DNA of 64,000 nucleotides from contig CM082593.2 in the NCBI GenBank assembly GCA_040954595.2, forward strand, positions 9,991,200-10,055,199. Direction: 5' to 3'. The notes under the pieces were generated by a model that was not told the DNA's origin, made no database searches, and saw only the letters and a list, made by a program, of their open reading frames with translations. Of the stretch, positions 1-15,200 are shown piece after piece; the first letter of the stretch is position 1, and each line of letters starts with the position of its first letter. A program made the translations under genes and the position numbers. The DNA comes from Balanoglossus misakiensis. Its lineage: Eukaryota; Animalia; Hemichordata.

Positions 1-294
1 TGTTAGTGGTCATGCGAATTTGGATTCATTATGGATTTTTGAAAAATGTCATGAAAAATTTCCAAAGTCTTTTTTTAATCAAGCTTTCAAGTGTATTGTG
101 ATTGCTTTTACCTTATTCGAGCCAAATTGGATTTTCTGAACTCTGATTAAAACGAAGATTTCCTATTTCTAGCCTACTCATTGAAAGCACGCAAATTCAT
201 TTTATTGATATGAGTCACCATATGAATAGAATACTTTACATTTTTTGGCAAATTTCACATGTCCTTTGATTCAGATTTGTTAGAACTGAATTGT
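1..294 (+). repeat. Upstream block of the composite unit that hosts the 116-bp monomer (truncated by window start)
   Basis: Aligns by eye with 22741-23015, ~23048-23320 and 23981-24165 (shared ttagtggtcatg..., aaattggattttctgaac, cctatttctagcctactcattgaaa). Runs directly into the first monomer at 295. Confidence 0.85.
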
Positions 295-3200
295 ACTTGG
301 ATATGTCTCTTGTTAAAAAGCACAACAGTCATGATTGTGTTCACTTGAGTTTTGTCGCTGCCAGGACATAACCGAAATATTTTGATAATTTTGGCAATGA
401 CCCTTGATCTACTTGGATATGTCTCATGTTAAAAAGCACAACAGTCTTGATTTTGTTCACATGAGTTTTATCGCTGCCAGGACATAACCCAAATATTTTG
501 ATAATTTTGGCAATGACCCTTGATCTACTTGGATATGTCTCTTGTTAAAAAGCACAACAGTCTTGATTTTGTTCACATGAGTTTTATCGCTGCCAGGACA
601 TAACAAAAACATTTTGATAATTTTGGCAATGACTCTTGATCTACTTGGATATGTCTCTTTTTAAAAAGCACAACAGTCTTGATTTTGTTCACATGAGTTT
701 TATCACTGCCAGGACATAACCCAAATATATTGATAATTTTGGCAATGACCCTTGATCTACTTGGATATGTCTCTTGTTAAAAAGCACAACAGTCATGATT
801 TTGTTTACGTGACTACTATTGCTGCCAGGACTTAACCCAAATATTTTGATAATTTTGGCAATGACCCTTGATCTACTTGGATATTTCTCTTGATAAAAAG
901 CACAACAGTCATGATTGTGTTCACATGAGTTTTATTGCTGCCAGGACATAACCCAAATATTTTGATAATTTTGGTAATGACCCTTGATCTTCTTGGATAT
1001 GTCTCTTGTTAAAAAGCACATCAGTCATGATTTTGTTAACATGAATTTTATTGCTGCCAAGACATATACCAAATATTTTGATAATTTTGGCAATGACTCT
1101 TGATCTACTTGGATATGTCTCTTGTTAAAAAGCACAACAGTCATTATTTTGTTCACATGAGTTTTATTGCTGACATGACATAACCCAAATATTTTTATAA
1201 TTTTGGCAATGACCCTTGAACTACTTGGATATGTCTCTTGTTAAAAAGCACAACAGACATTATTTTGTTTACGTGACTACTATTGCTGCCAGGACATAAC
1301 CCAAATATTTTGATAATTTTGGCAATGGCCCTTGATCTACTTGGATATGTCTCTTGTTAAAAAAGCACAACAGTCATGATTGTGTTCACACAAGTTTTAT
1401 TGCTGCCAGGACATAACCCAAATATTTTTTATAATTTTGGCCATGACCCTTGATCTACTTGGATATGTCTCTTGTTAAAAAGCACAACAGTCATGATTTT
1501 GTTTACGTGACTACTATTGCTGCCAGGACTTAACCCAAATATTTTGATAATCTTGGCAATGACCCTTGATCTACTTGGATATGTCTCTTGATAAAAAGCA
1601 CAACAGTCATGATTGTGTTCACACGAGTTTTATTGCTGCCAGGACATAACCCAAATATTTTGATAATTTTGGCCATGACCCTTGATCTACTTGGATATGT
1701 CTCTTGTTAAAAAGCACAACAGTCATGATTTTGTTTACGTGACTACTATTGCTGCCAGGACTTAACCCAAATATTTTGATAATTTTGGCAATGACCCTTG
1801 ATCTTCTTGGATATGTCTCTTGTTAAAGAGCACAACAGTCATGATTGTGTTCACACGTGTTTTATTGCTGTCAGGACATAACCCAAATATTTTGATAATT
1901 TTGGCAATGACCCTTGATCTACTTGGATATGTCTCTTGTTAAAAAGCACATCAGTCATGATTTTGTTAACATGAGTTTTATTGCTGCCAGGACATAACAC
2001 AAATATTTTGATAATTTTGGCAATGACCCTTGATCTACTTGGATATGTCTCTTGTTAAAAAGCACATCAGTCATGATTTTGTTAACATGAGTTTTATTGC
2101 TGCCAGGACATACACCAAATATTTTGATAATTTTGGCAATGACTCTTGATCTACTTGGATATGTCTCTTGTTAAAAAGCACAACAGTCATTATTTTGTTC
2201 ACATGAGTTTTATTGCTGCCAGGACATAACCTAAATATTTTGATAATTTTGGGAATGACCCTTGATCTACTTGGATATGTCTCTTGATAAAAAGCACAAC
2301 AGTCATGATTGTGTTCACACGAGTTTTATTGCTGCCAGGACATAACCCAAATATTTTGATAATTTTGGCCATGACCCTTGATCTACTTGGATATTTCTCT
2401 TGTTAAAAAGCACAACAGTCATGATTTTGTTTACGTGACTACTATTGCTGCCAGGACTTAACCCAAATATTTTGATAATTTTGGCAATGACCCTTGATCT
2501 ACTTGGATATGTCTCTTGATAAAAAGCACAACGGTCATGATTGTGCTCACATGAGTTTTATTGCTGCCAGGACATATACCAAATATTTTGATAATTTTGG
2601 CAATGACTCTTGATCTACTTGGATATGTCTCTTGTTAAAAAGCACAAAAGTCATTATTTTGTTCACATGAGTTTTATTGCTGCCAGGACATAACCCAAAT
2701 ATTTTGATAATTATGGCAATGACCCTTGATCTTCTTGGATATGTCTCTTGTTAAAGAGCACAACAGTCATGATTGTGTTCACACGAGTTTTATTGCTGTC
2801 AGGACATAACCCAAATATTTTGATAATTTTGGCAATGACCCTTGATCTACTTGGATATGTCTCTTGTTAAAAAGCACAACAGTCATGATTGTGTTCACAT
2901 GAGTTTTATTGCTGCCAGGACATAACCCAAATATTTTGATAATTTTGGTAATGACCCTTGATCTTCTTGGATATGTCTCTTGTTAAAAAGCACAACAGTC
3001 ATTATTTTGTTCACATGAGTTTTATTGCTGACATGACATAACCCAAATATTTTGATAATTTTGGCAATGACCCTTGAACTACTTGGATATGTCTCTTGTT
3101 AAAAAGCACAACAGACATTATTTTGTTTACGTGACTACTATTGCTGCCAGGACATAACCCAAATATTTTGATAATTTTGGCAATGGCCCTTGATCTACTT

Positions 3201-6200
3201 GGATATGTCTCTTGTTAAAAAAGCACAACAGTCATGATTGTGTTCACACAAGTTTTATTGCTGCCAGGACATAACCCAAATATTTTTTATAATTTTGGCC
3301 ATGACCCTTGATCTACTTGGATATGTCTCTTGTTAAAAAGCACAACAGTCATGATTTTGTTTACGTGACTACTATTGCTGCCAGGACTTAACCCAAATAT
3401 TTTGATAATCTTGGCAATGACCCTTGATCTACTTGGATATGTCTCTTGATAAAAAGCACAACAGTCATGATTGTGTTCACACGAGTTTTATTGCTGCCAG
3501 GACATAACCCAAATATTTTGATAATTTTGGCCATGACCCTTGATCTACTTGGATATGTCTCTTGTTAAAAAGCACAACAGTCATGATTTTGTTTACGTGA
3601 CTACTATTGCTGCCAGGACTTAACCCAAATATTTTGATAATTTTGGCAATGACCCTTGATCTTCTTGGATATGTCTCTTGTTAAATAGCACAACAGTCAT
3701 GATTGTGTTCACACGAGTTTTATTGCTGTCAGGACATAACCCAAATATTTTGATAATTTTGGCAATGACCCTTGATCTACTTGGATATGTCTCTTGTTAA
3801 AAAGCACATCAGTCATGATTTTGTTAACATGAGTTTTATTGCTGCCAGGACATACACCAAATATTTTGATAATTTTGGCAATGACTCTTGATCTACTTGG
3901 ATATGTCTCTTGTTAAAAAGCACAACAGTCATTATTTTGTTCACATGAGTTTTATTGCTGCCAGGACATAACCTAAATATTTTGATAATTTTGGCAATGA
4001 CCCTTGATCTACTTGGATATGTCTCTTGATAAAAAGCACAACAGTCATGATTGTGTTCACACGAGTTTTGTTGCTGCCAGGACATAACCCAAATATTTTG
4101 ATAATTTTGGCCATGACCCTTGATCTACTTGGATATTTCTCTTGTTAAAAAGCACAACAGTCATGATTTTGTTTACGTGACTACTATTGCTGCCAGGACT
4201 TAACCCAAATATTTTGATAATTTTGGCAATGACCCTTGATCTACTTGGATATGTCTCTTGATAAAAAGCACAACGGTCATGATTGTGCTCACATGAGTTT
4301 TATTGCTGCCAGGACATATACCAAATATTTTGATAATTTTGGCAATGACTCTTGATCTACTTGGATATGTCTCTTGTTAAAAAGCACAAAAGTCATTATT
4401 TTGTTCACATGAGTTTTATTGCTGCCAGGACATAACCCAAATATTTTGATAATTATGGCAATGACCCTTGATCTTCTTGGATATGTCTCTTGTTAAAGAG
4501 CACAACAGTCATGATTGTGTTCACACGAGTTTTATTGCTGTCAGGACATAACCCAAATATTTTGATAATTTTGGCAATGACCCTTGATCTACTTGGATAT
4601 GTCTCTTGTTAAAAAGCACATCAGTCATGATTTTGTTAACATGAGTTTTATTGCTGCCAGGACATACACCAAATATTTTGATAATTTTGGCAATGACTCT
4701 TGATCTACTTGGATATGTCTCTTGTTAAAAAGCACAACAGTCATTATTTTGTTCACATGAGTTTTATTGCTGCCAGGACATAACCTAAATATTTTGATCA
4801 TTATGGCAATGACCCTTGAACTACTTGGATATGTCTCTTGATAAAAAGCCCAACAGTCATTATTTTGTTCACATGAGTTTTATTGCTGCCATGACATAAC
4901 CCGAATATTTTGATAATTTTGGCAATGACTCTTGATCTACTTGGATATGTCTCTTGTTAAAAAGCACAACAGTCATTATTTTGTTCACATGAGTTTTATT
5001 GCTGCCAGGACATAACCCAAATATTTTGATAATTATGCAATGACCCTTGATCTTCTTGGATATGTCTCTTGTTAAAGAGCACAACAGTCATGATTGTGTT
5101 CACACGAGTTTTATTGCTGTCAGGACATAACCCAAATATTTTAATAATTTTGGCAATGACCCTTGATCTACTTGGATATGTGTCTTGTTAAAAAGCACAA
5201 CAGTCATGATTGTGTTCACACGAGTTTTATTGCTGCCAGGACATAACCCAAATATTTTGATACTTTTGGCAATGACTCTTGATCTACTTGGATATGTCTC
5301 TTGTTAAAAAGCACAACAGTCATTATTTTGTTCACATGAGTTTTATTGCTGCCAGGACATAACCTAAATATTTTGATAATTATGGCAATGACCCTTGAAC
5401 TACTTGGATATGTCTCTTGATAAAAAGCCCAACAGTCATTATTTTGTTCACATGAGTTTTATTGCTGCCATGACATAACCCAAATATTTTGATAATTTTG
5501 GCAATGACCCTTGAACTACTTGGTATGTCTCTTGTTAAAAAGCACAACAGTCATTATTTTGTTCACATGAGTTTTATTGCTGCCAGGACATAACACAAGT
5601 ATTTTGATAATTTTGGCAATGACCCTTGATCTACTTGGATATGTCTCTTGTTAAAAAGCACAACAGTCATTATTGTGTTCACATGAGTTTTATTGCTGCC
5701 AGGACATAACCTAAATATTTTGATCATTATGGCAATGACCCTTGATCTACTTGGATATGTCTCTTGTTAAAAAGCACAACAGTCATGATTTTGTTTACGT
5801 GACTACTATTGCTGCCAGGACTTAACCCAAATATTTTGATAATTTTGGCAATGACCCTTGATCTACTTGGATATGTCTCTTGATAAAAAGCACAACGGTC
5901 ATGATTGTGCTCACATGAGTTTTATTGCTGCCAGGACATATACCAAATATTTTGATAATTTTGGCAATGACTCTTGATCTACTTGGATATGTCTCTTGTT
6001 AAAAAGCACAAAAGTCATTATTTTGTTCACATGAGTTTTATTGCTGCCAGGACATAACCCAAATATTTTGATAATTATGGCAATGACCCTTGATCTTCTT
6101 GGATATGTCTCTTGTTAAAGAGCACAACAGTCATGATTGTGTTCACACGAGTTTTATTGCTGTCAGGACATAACCCAAATATTTTGATAATTTTGGCAAT

Positions 6201-9200
6201 GACCCTTGATCTACTTGGATATGTCTCTTGTTAAAAAGCACATCAGTCATGATTTTGTTAACATGAGTTTTATTGCTGCCAGGACATACACCAAATATTT
6301 TGATAATTTTGGCAATGACTCTTGATCTACTTGGATATGTCTCTTGTTAAAAAGCACAACAGTCATTATTTTGTTCACATGAGTTTTATTGCTGCCAGGA
6401 CATAACCTAAATATTTTGATCATTATGGCAATGACCCTTGAACTACTTGGATATGTCTCTTGATAAAAAGCCCAACAGTCATTATTTTGTTCACATGAGT
6501 TTTATTGCTGCCAGGACATAACCCGAATATTTTGATAATTATGGCAATGACTCTTGATCTACTTGGATATGTCTCTTGTTAAAAAGCACAACAGTCATTA
6601 TTTTGTTCACATGAGTTTTATTGCTGCCAGGACATAACCCAAATATTTTGATAATTATGCAATGACCCTTGATCTTCTTGGATATGTCTCTTGTTAAAGA
6701 GCACAACAGTCATGATTGTGTTCACACGAGTTTTATTGCTGTCAGGACATAACCCAAATATTTTAATAATTTTGGCAATGACCCTTGATCTACTTGGATA
6801 TGTGTCTTGTTAAAAAGCACAACAGTCATGATTGTGTTCACACGAGTTTTATTGCTGCCAGGACATAACCCAAATATTTTGATACTTTTGGCAATGACTC
6901 TTGATCTACTTGGATATGTCTCTTGTTAAAAAGCACAACAGTCATTATTTTGTTCACATGAGTTTTATTGCTGCCAGGACATAACCTAAATATTTTGATA
7001 ATTATGGCAATGACCCTTGAACTACTTGGATATGTCTCTTGATAAAAAGCCCAACAGTCATTATTTTGTTCACATGAGTTTTATTGCTGCCATGACATAA
7101 CCCAAATATTTTGATAATTTTGGCAATGACCCTTGAACTACTTGGATATGTCTCTTGTTAAAAAGCACAACAGTCATTATTTTGTTCACATGAGTTTTAT
7201 TGCTGCCAGGACATAACACAAGTATTTTGATAATTTTGGCAATGACCCTTGATCTACTTGGATATGTCTCTTGTTAAAAAGCACAACAGTCATTATTGTG
7301 TTCACATGAGTTTTATTGCTGCCAGGACATAACCAAAATATTTTGATAATTTTGGCAATGACCCTTGATCTACTTGGATATGTCTCTTGTTAAAAAGCAC
7401 AACAGTCATGATTTTGTTTACGTGACTACTATTGCTGCCAGGACATAACCCAAATATTTTGATAATTTTGGCAATGACCCTTGATCTACTTGGATATGTC
7501 TCTTGTTAAAAAGCACAACAGTCATGATTGTGTTCACACGAGTTTTATTGCTGCCAGGACATAACCCAAATATTTTGATAATTTTGGCAATGACCCTTGA
7601 TCTACTTGGATATGTCTCTTGATAAAAAGCCCAACAGTCATTATTTTGTTCACATGAGTTTTATTGCTGCCATGACATAACCCAAATATTTTGATAATTT
7701 TCGCAATGACCCTTGAACTACTTGGATATGTCTCTTGTTAAAAAGCACAACAGTCATTATTTTGTTCACATGAGTTTTATTGCTGCCAGGACATAACACA
7801 AATATTTTGATAATTTTGGCAATGACCCTTGATCTACTTGGATATGTCTCTTGTTAAAAAGCACAACAGTCATTATTGTGTTCACATGAGTTTTATTGCT
7901 GCCAGGACATAACCAAAATATTTTGATAATTTTGGCAATGACCCTTGATCTACTTGGATATGTCTCTTGTTAAAAAGCACAACAGTCATGATTTTGTTTA
8001 CGTGACTACTATTGCTGCCAGGACATAACCCAAATATTTTGATAATTTTGGCAATGACCCTTGATCTACTTGGATATGTCTCTTGTTAAAAAGCACAACA
8101 GTCATGATTGTGTTCACACGAGTTTTATTGCTGCCAGGACATAACCCAAATATTTTGATAATTTTGGCAATGACCCTTGATCTACTTGGATATGTCTCTT
8201 GATAAAAAGCACAACAGTCATGATTGTGTTCACATGAGTTTTATTGCTGCCAGGACATAACCCAAATATTTTGATAATTTTGGTAATGACCCTTGATCTT
8301 CTTGGATATGTCTCTTGTTAAAAAGCACAACAGTCATGATTGTGTTCACACGAGTTTTATTGCTGCCAGGACATAACCCAAATATTTTGATAATTTTGGC
8401 AATGACCCTTGATCTACTTGGATATGTCTCTTGTTAAAAAGCACATCAGTCATGATTTTGTTAACATGAATTTTATTGCTGCCAGGACATATACCAAATA
8501 TTTTGATAATTTTGGCAATGACTCTTGATCTACTTGGATATGTCTCTTGTTAAAAAGCACAACAGTCATTATTTTGTTCACATGAGTTTTATTGCTGCCA
8601 GGACATAACCTAAATATTTTGATAATTATGGCAATGACCCTTGAACTACTTGGATATGTCTCTTGATAAAAAGCCCAACAGTCATTATTTTGTTCACATG
8701 AGTTTTATTGCTGCCATGACATAACCCAAATATTTTGATAATTTTGGCAATGACTATTGATCTACTTGGAAAAGTCTCTTGTTAAAAAGCACAACAGTCA
8801 TTATTTTGTTCACATGAGTTTTATTGCTGCCAGGACATAACCCAAATATTTTGATAATTATGGCAATGACCCTTGATCTTCTTGGATATGTCTCTTGTTA
8901 AAGAGCACAACAGTCATGATTGTGTTCACACGAGTTTTATTGCTGTCAGGACATAACCCAAATATTTTGATAATTTTGGCAATGACCCTTGATCTACTTG
9001 GATATGTCTCTTGTTAAAAAGCACATCAGTCATGATTTTGTTAACATGAGTTTTATTGCTGCCAGGACATACAGCAACTATTTTGATAATTTTGGCAATG
9101 ACTCTTGATATACTTGGATATGTCTCTTGTTAAAAAGCACAACAGTCATTATTTTGTTCACATGAGTTTTATTGCTGCCAGGACATAACCTAAATATTTT

Positions 9201-12200
9201 GATAATTATGGCAATGACCCTTGAACTACTTGGATATGTCTCTTGATAAAAAGGCCAACAGTCATTATTTTGTTCACATGAGTTTTATTGCTGCCATGAC
9301 ATAACCCAAATATTTTGATAATTTTGGCAATGACCCTTGAACTACTTGGATATGTCTCTTGTTAAAAAGCACAACAGTCATTATTTTGTTCACGTGAGTT
9401 TTATTGCTGCCAGGACATAACACAAATATTTTGATAATTTTGGCAATGACCCTTGATCTACTTGGATATGTCTCTTGTTAAAAAGCACAACAGTCATTAT
9501 TGTGTTCACATGAGTTTTATTGCTGCCAGGACATAACCAAAATATTTTGATAATTTTGGCAATGACCCTTGATCTACTTGGATATGTCTCTTGTTAAAAA
9601 GCACAACAGTCATGATTTTGTTTACGTGACTACTATTGCTGCCAGGACATAACCCAAATATTGTGATAATTTTGGCAATGACCCTTGATCTTCTTGGATA
9701 TGTCTCTTGTTAAAAAGCACAACAGTCATGATTGTGTTCACACGAGTTTTATTGCTGCCAGGACATAACCCAAATATTTTGATAATTTTGGCAATGACCC
9801 TTGATCTACTTGGATATGTCTCTTGATAAAAAGCACAACAGTCATGATTGTGTTCACATGAGTTTTATTGCTGCCAGGACATAACCCAAATATTTTGATA
9901 ATTTTGGTAATGACCCTTGATCTTCTTGGATATGTCTCTTGTTAAAAAGCACAACAGTCATGATTGTGTTCACACGAGTTTTATTGCTGCCAGGACATAA
10001 CCCAAATATTTTGATAATTTTGGCAATGACCCTTGATCTACTTGGATATGTCTCTTGTTAAAGAGCACATCAGTCATGATTTTGTTAACATGAATTTTAT
10101 TGCTGCCAGGACATAACCCAAATATTTTGATAATTTTGGCCATGACCCTTGATCTACTTCGATATGTCTCTTGTTAAAAAGCACAACAGTCATGATTTTG
10201 TTAACATGAGTTTTATTGCTGCCAGGACATACACCAAATATTTTGATAATTTTGGCAATGACTCTTGATCTACTTCGATATGTCTCTTGTTAAAAAGCAC
10301 AACAGTCATGATTTTGTTAACATGAGTTTTATTGCTGCCAGGACATACACCAAATATTTTGATAATTTTGGCAATGACTCTTGATCTACTTGGATATGTC
10401 TCTTGTTAAAAAGCACAACAGTCATGATTGTGCTCACATGCGTTTTATTGCTGCCAGGACATATACCAAATATTTTGATAATTTTGGCAATGACCCTTGA
10501 TCTACTTGGATATGTCTCTTGTTAAAAAGCACAACAGTCATTATTGTGTTCACATGAGTTTTATTGCTGCCAGGACATAACCAAAATATTTTGATAATTT
10601 TGGCAATGACCCTTGATCTACTTGGATATGTCTCTTGTTAAAAAGCACAACAGTCATGATTTTGTTTACGTGACTACTATTGCTGCCAGGACATAACCCA
10701 AATATTTTGATAATTTTGGCAATGACCCTTGATCTACTTGGATATGTCTCTTGTTAAAAAGCACAACAGTCATGATTGTGTTCACACGAGTTTTATTGCT
10801 GCCAGGACATAACCCAAATATTTTGATAATTTTGGCAATGACCCTTGATCTACTTGGATATGTCTCTTGATAAAAAGCACAACAGTCATGATTGTGTTCA
10901 CATGAGTTTTATTGCTGCCAGGACATAACCCAAATATTTTGATAATTTGGTAATGACTCTTGATCTTCTTAGATATGTCTCTTGTTAAAAAGCACAACAG
11001 TCATGATTGTGTTCACACGAGTTTTATTGCTGCCAGGACATAACCCAAATATTTTGATAATTTTGGCAATGACCCTTGATCTACTTGGATATGTCTCTTG
11101 TTAAAAAGCACAACAGTCATTATTTTGTTCACATGAGTTTTATTGCTGCCAGGACATAACCTAAATATTTTGATAATTATGGCAATGACCCTTGAACTAC
11201 TTGGATATGTCTCTTGATAAAAAGCCCAACAGTCATTATTTTGTTCACATGAGTTTTATTGCTGCCAGGACATATACCAAATATTTTGATAATTTTGGCA
11301 ATGACTCTTGATCTACTTGGATATGTCTCTTGTTAAAAAGCACAACAGTCATTATTTTGTTCACATGAGTTTTATTGCTGCCAGGACATAACCTAAATAT
11401 TTTGATAATTATGGCAATGACCCTTGAACTACTTGGATATGTCTCTTGATAAAAAGCCCAACAGTCATTATTTTGTTCACATGAGTTTTATTGCTGCCAT
11501 GGCATAACCCAAATATTTTGATAATTTTGGCAATGACTCTTGATCTACTTGGATATGTCTCTTGTTAAAAAGCACAACAGTCATTATTTTGTTCACGTGA
11601 GTTTTATTGCTGCCAGGACATACACCAACTATTTTGATAATTTTGGCAATGACTCTTGATCTACTTGGATATGTCTCTTGTTAAAAAGCACAACAGTCAT
11701 TATTTTGTTCACATGAGTTTTATTGCTGCCAGGACATAACCTAAATATTTTGATAATTATGGCAATGACCCTTGAACTACTTGGATATGTCTCTTGTTAA
11801 AAAGCACAACAGTCATTATTGTGTTCACATGAGTTTTATTGCTGCCAGGACATAACCAAAATATTTTGATAATTTTGGCAATGACCCTTGATCTACTTGG
11901 ATATGTCTCTTGTTAAAAAGCACAACAGTCATGATTTTGTTTACGTGACTACTATTGCTGCCAGGACATAACCCAAATATTTTGATAATTTTGGCAATGA
12001 CCCTTGATCTACTTGGATATGTCTCTTGTTAAAAAGCACAACAGTCATGATTGTGTTCACACGAGTTTTATTGCTGCCAGGACATAACCCAAATATTTTG
12101 ATAATTTTGGCAATGACCCTTGATCTACTTGGATATGTCTCTTGATAAAAAGCACAACAGTCATGATTGTGTTCACATGAGTTTTATTGCTGCCAGGACA

Positions 12201-15200
12201 TAACCCAAATATTTTGATAATTTTGGTAATGACCCTTGATCTTCTTGGATATGTCTCTTGTTAAAAAGCACAACAGTCATGATTGTGTTCACACGAGTTT
12301 TATTGCTGCCAGGACATAACCCAAATATTTTGATAATTTTGGCAATGACCCTTGATCTAATTGGATATGTCTCTTGTTAAAAAGCACATCAGTCATGATT
12401 TTGTTAACATGAATTTTATTGCTGCCAGGACATAACCCAAATATTTTTATAATTTTGGCCATGACCCTTGATCTACTTGGATATGTCTCTTGTTAAAAAG
12501 CCCAACAGTCATGATTTTGTTAACATGAGTTTTATTGCTGCCAGGACATAACCCAAATATTTTGATAATTATGGCAATGACCCTTGATCTTCTTGGATAT
12601 GTCTCTTGTTAAAGAGCACAACAGTCATGATTGTGTTCACACGAGTTTTATTGCTGTCAGGACATAACCCAAATATTTTGATAATTTTGGCAATGACCCT
12701 TGATCTACTTGGATATGTCTCTTGTTAAAAAGCACATCAGTCATGATTTTGTTAACATGAGTTTTATTGCTGCCAGGACATACACCAGCTATTTTGATAA
12801 TTTTGGCAATGACTCTTGATCTACTTGGATATGTCTCTTGTTAAAAAGCACAACAGTCATTATTTTGTTCACATGAGTTTTATTGCTGCCAGGACATAAC
12901 CTAAATATTTTGATAATTATGGCAATGACCCTTGAACTACTTGGATATGTCTCTTGATAAAAAGCCCAACAGTCATTATTTTGTTCACATGAGTTTTATT
13001 GCTGCCATGACATAACCCAAATATTTTGATAATTTTGGCAATGACCCTTGAACTACTTGGATATGTCTCTTGTTAAAAAGCACAACAGTCATGATTGTGT
13101 TCACACGAGTTTTATTGCTGCCAGGACATAACCCAAATATTTTGATAATTTTGGCAATGACCCTTGATCTACTTGGATGTGTCTCTTGTTAAAAAGCACA
13201 TCAGTCATGATTTTGTTAAAATGAATTTTATTGCTGCCAGGACATATACCAAATATTTTGATAATTTTGGCAATGACTCTTGATCTACTTGGATATGTCT
13301 CTTGTTAAAAAGCACAACAGTCATTATTTTGTTCACATGAGTTTTATTGCTGCCAGGACATAACCTAAATATTTTGATAATTATGGCAATGACCCTTGAA
13401 CTACTTGGATATGTCTCTTGATAAAAAGCCCAACAGTCATTATTTTGTTCACATGAGTTTTATTGCTGCCATGACATAACCCAAATATTTTGATAATTTT
13501 GGCAATGACTCTTGATCTACTTGGATATGTCTCTTGTTAAAAAGCACAACAGTCATTATTTTGTTCACGTGAGTTTTATTGCTGCCAGGACATAACCCAA
13601 ATATTTTGATAATTTTGGCAATGACTCTTGATCTACTTCGATATGTCTCTTGTTAAAAAGCACATCAGTCATGATTTTGTTAACATGAATTTTATTGCTG
13701 CCAGGACATATACCAAATATTTTGATAATTTTGGCAATGACTCTTGATCTACTTGGATATGTCTCTTGTTAAAAAGCACAACAGTCATTATTTTGTTCAC
13801 ATGAGTTTTATTGCTGCCAGGACATAACCTAAATATTTTGATAATTATGGCAATGACCCTTGAACTACTTGGATATGTCTCTTGATAAAAAGCCCAACAG
13901 TCATTATTTTGTTCACATGAGTTTTATTGCTGCCATGACATAACCCAAATATTTTGATAATTTTGGCAATGACTCTTGATCTACTTGGATATGTCTCTTG
14001 TTAAAAAGCACAACAGTCATTATTTTGTTCACGTGAGTTTTATTGCTGCCAGGACATAACCCAAATATTTTGATAATTATGGCAATGACCCTTGATCTTC
14101 TTGGATATGTCTCTTGTTAAAGAGCACAACAGTCATGATTATGTTCACACGAGTTTTATTGCTGTCAGGACATAACCCAAATATTTTGATAATTTTGGCA
14201 ATGACCCTTGATCTACTTGGATATGTCTCTTGTTAAAATGCACATCAGTCATGATTTTGTTAACATGAGTTTTATTGCTGCCAGGACATACACCAACTAT
14301 TTTGATAATTTTGGCAATGACTCTTGATCTACTTGGATATGTCTCTTGTTAAAAAGCACAACAGTCATTATTTTGTTCACATGAGTTTTATTGCTGCCAG
14401 GACATAACCTAAATATTTTGATAATTATGGCAATGACCCTTGAACTACTTGGATATGTCTCTTGATAAAAAGCCCAACAGTCATTATTTTGTTCACATGA
14501 GTTTTATTGCTGCCATGACATAACCCAAATATTTTGATAATTTTGGCAATGACCCTTGAACTACTTGGATATGTCTCTTGTTAAAAAGCACAACAGTCAT
14601 TATTTTGTTCACATGAGTTTTATTGCTGCCAGGACATAACCCAAATATTTTGATAATTTTGGCAATGACCCTTGATCTACTTGGATATGTCTCTTGTTAA
14701 AAAGCACAACAGTCATTATTGTGTTCACATGAGTTTTATTGCTGCCAGGACATAACCAAAATATTTTGATAATTTTGGCAATGACCCTTGATCTACTTGG
14801 ATATGTCTCTTGTTAAAAAGCACAACAGTCATGATTTTGTTTACGTGACTACTATTGCTGCCAGGACATAACCCAAATATTTTGATAATTTTGGCAATGA
14901 CCCTTGATCTACTTGGATATGTCTCTTGTTAAAAAGCACAACAGTCATGATTGTGTTCACACGAGTTTTATTGCTGCCAGGACATAACCCAAATATTTTG
15001 ATAATTTTGGCAATGACCCTTGATCTACTTGGATATGTCTCTTGATAAAAAGCACAACAGTCATGATTGTGTTCACATGAGTTTTATTGCTGCCAGGACA
15101 TAACCCAAATATTTTGATAATTTTGGTAATGACCCTTGATCTTCTTGGATATGTCTCTTGTTAAAAAGCACAACAGTCATGATTGTGTTCACACGAGTTT

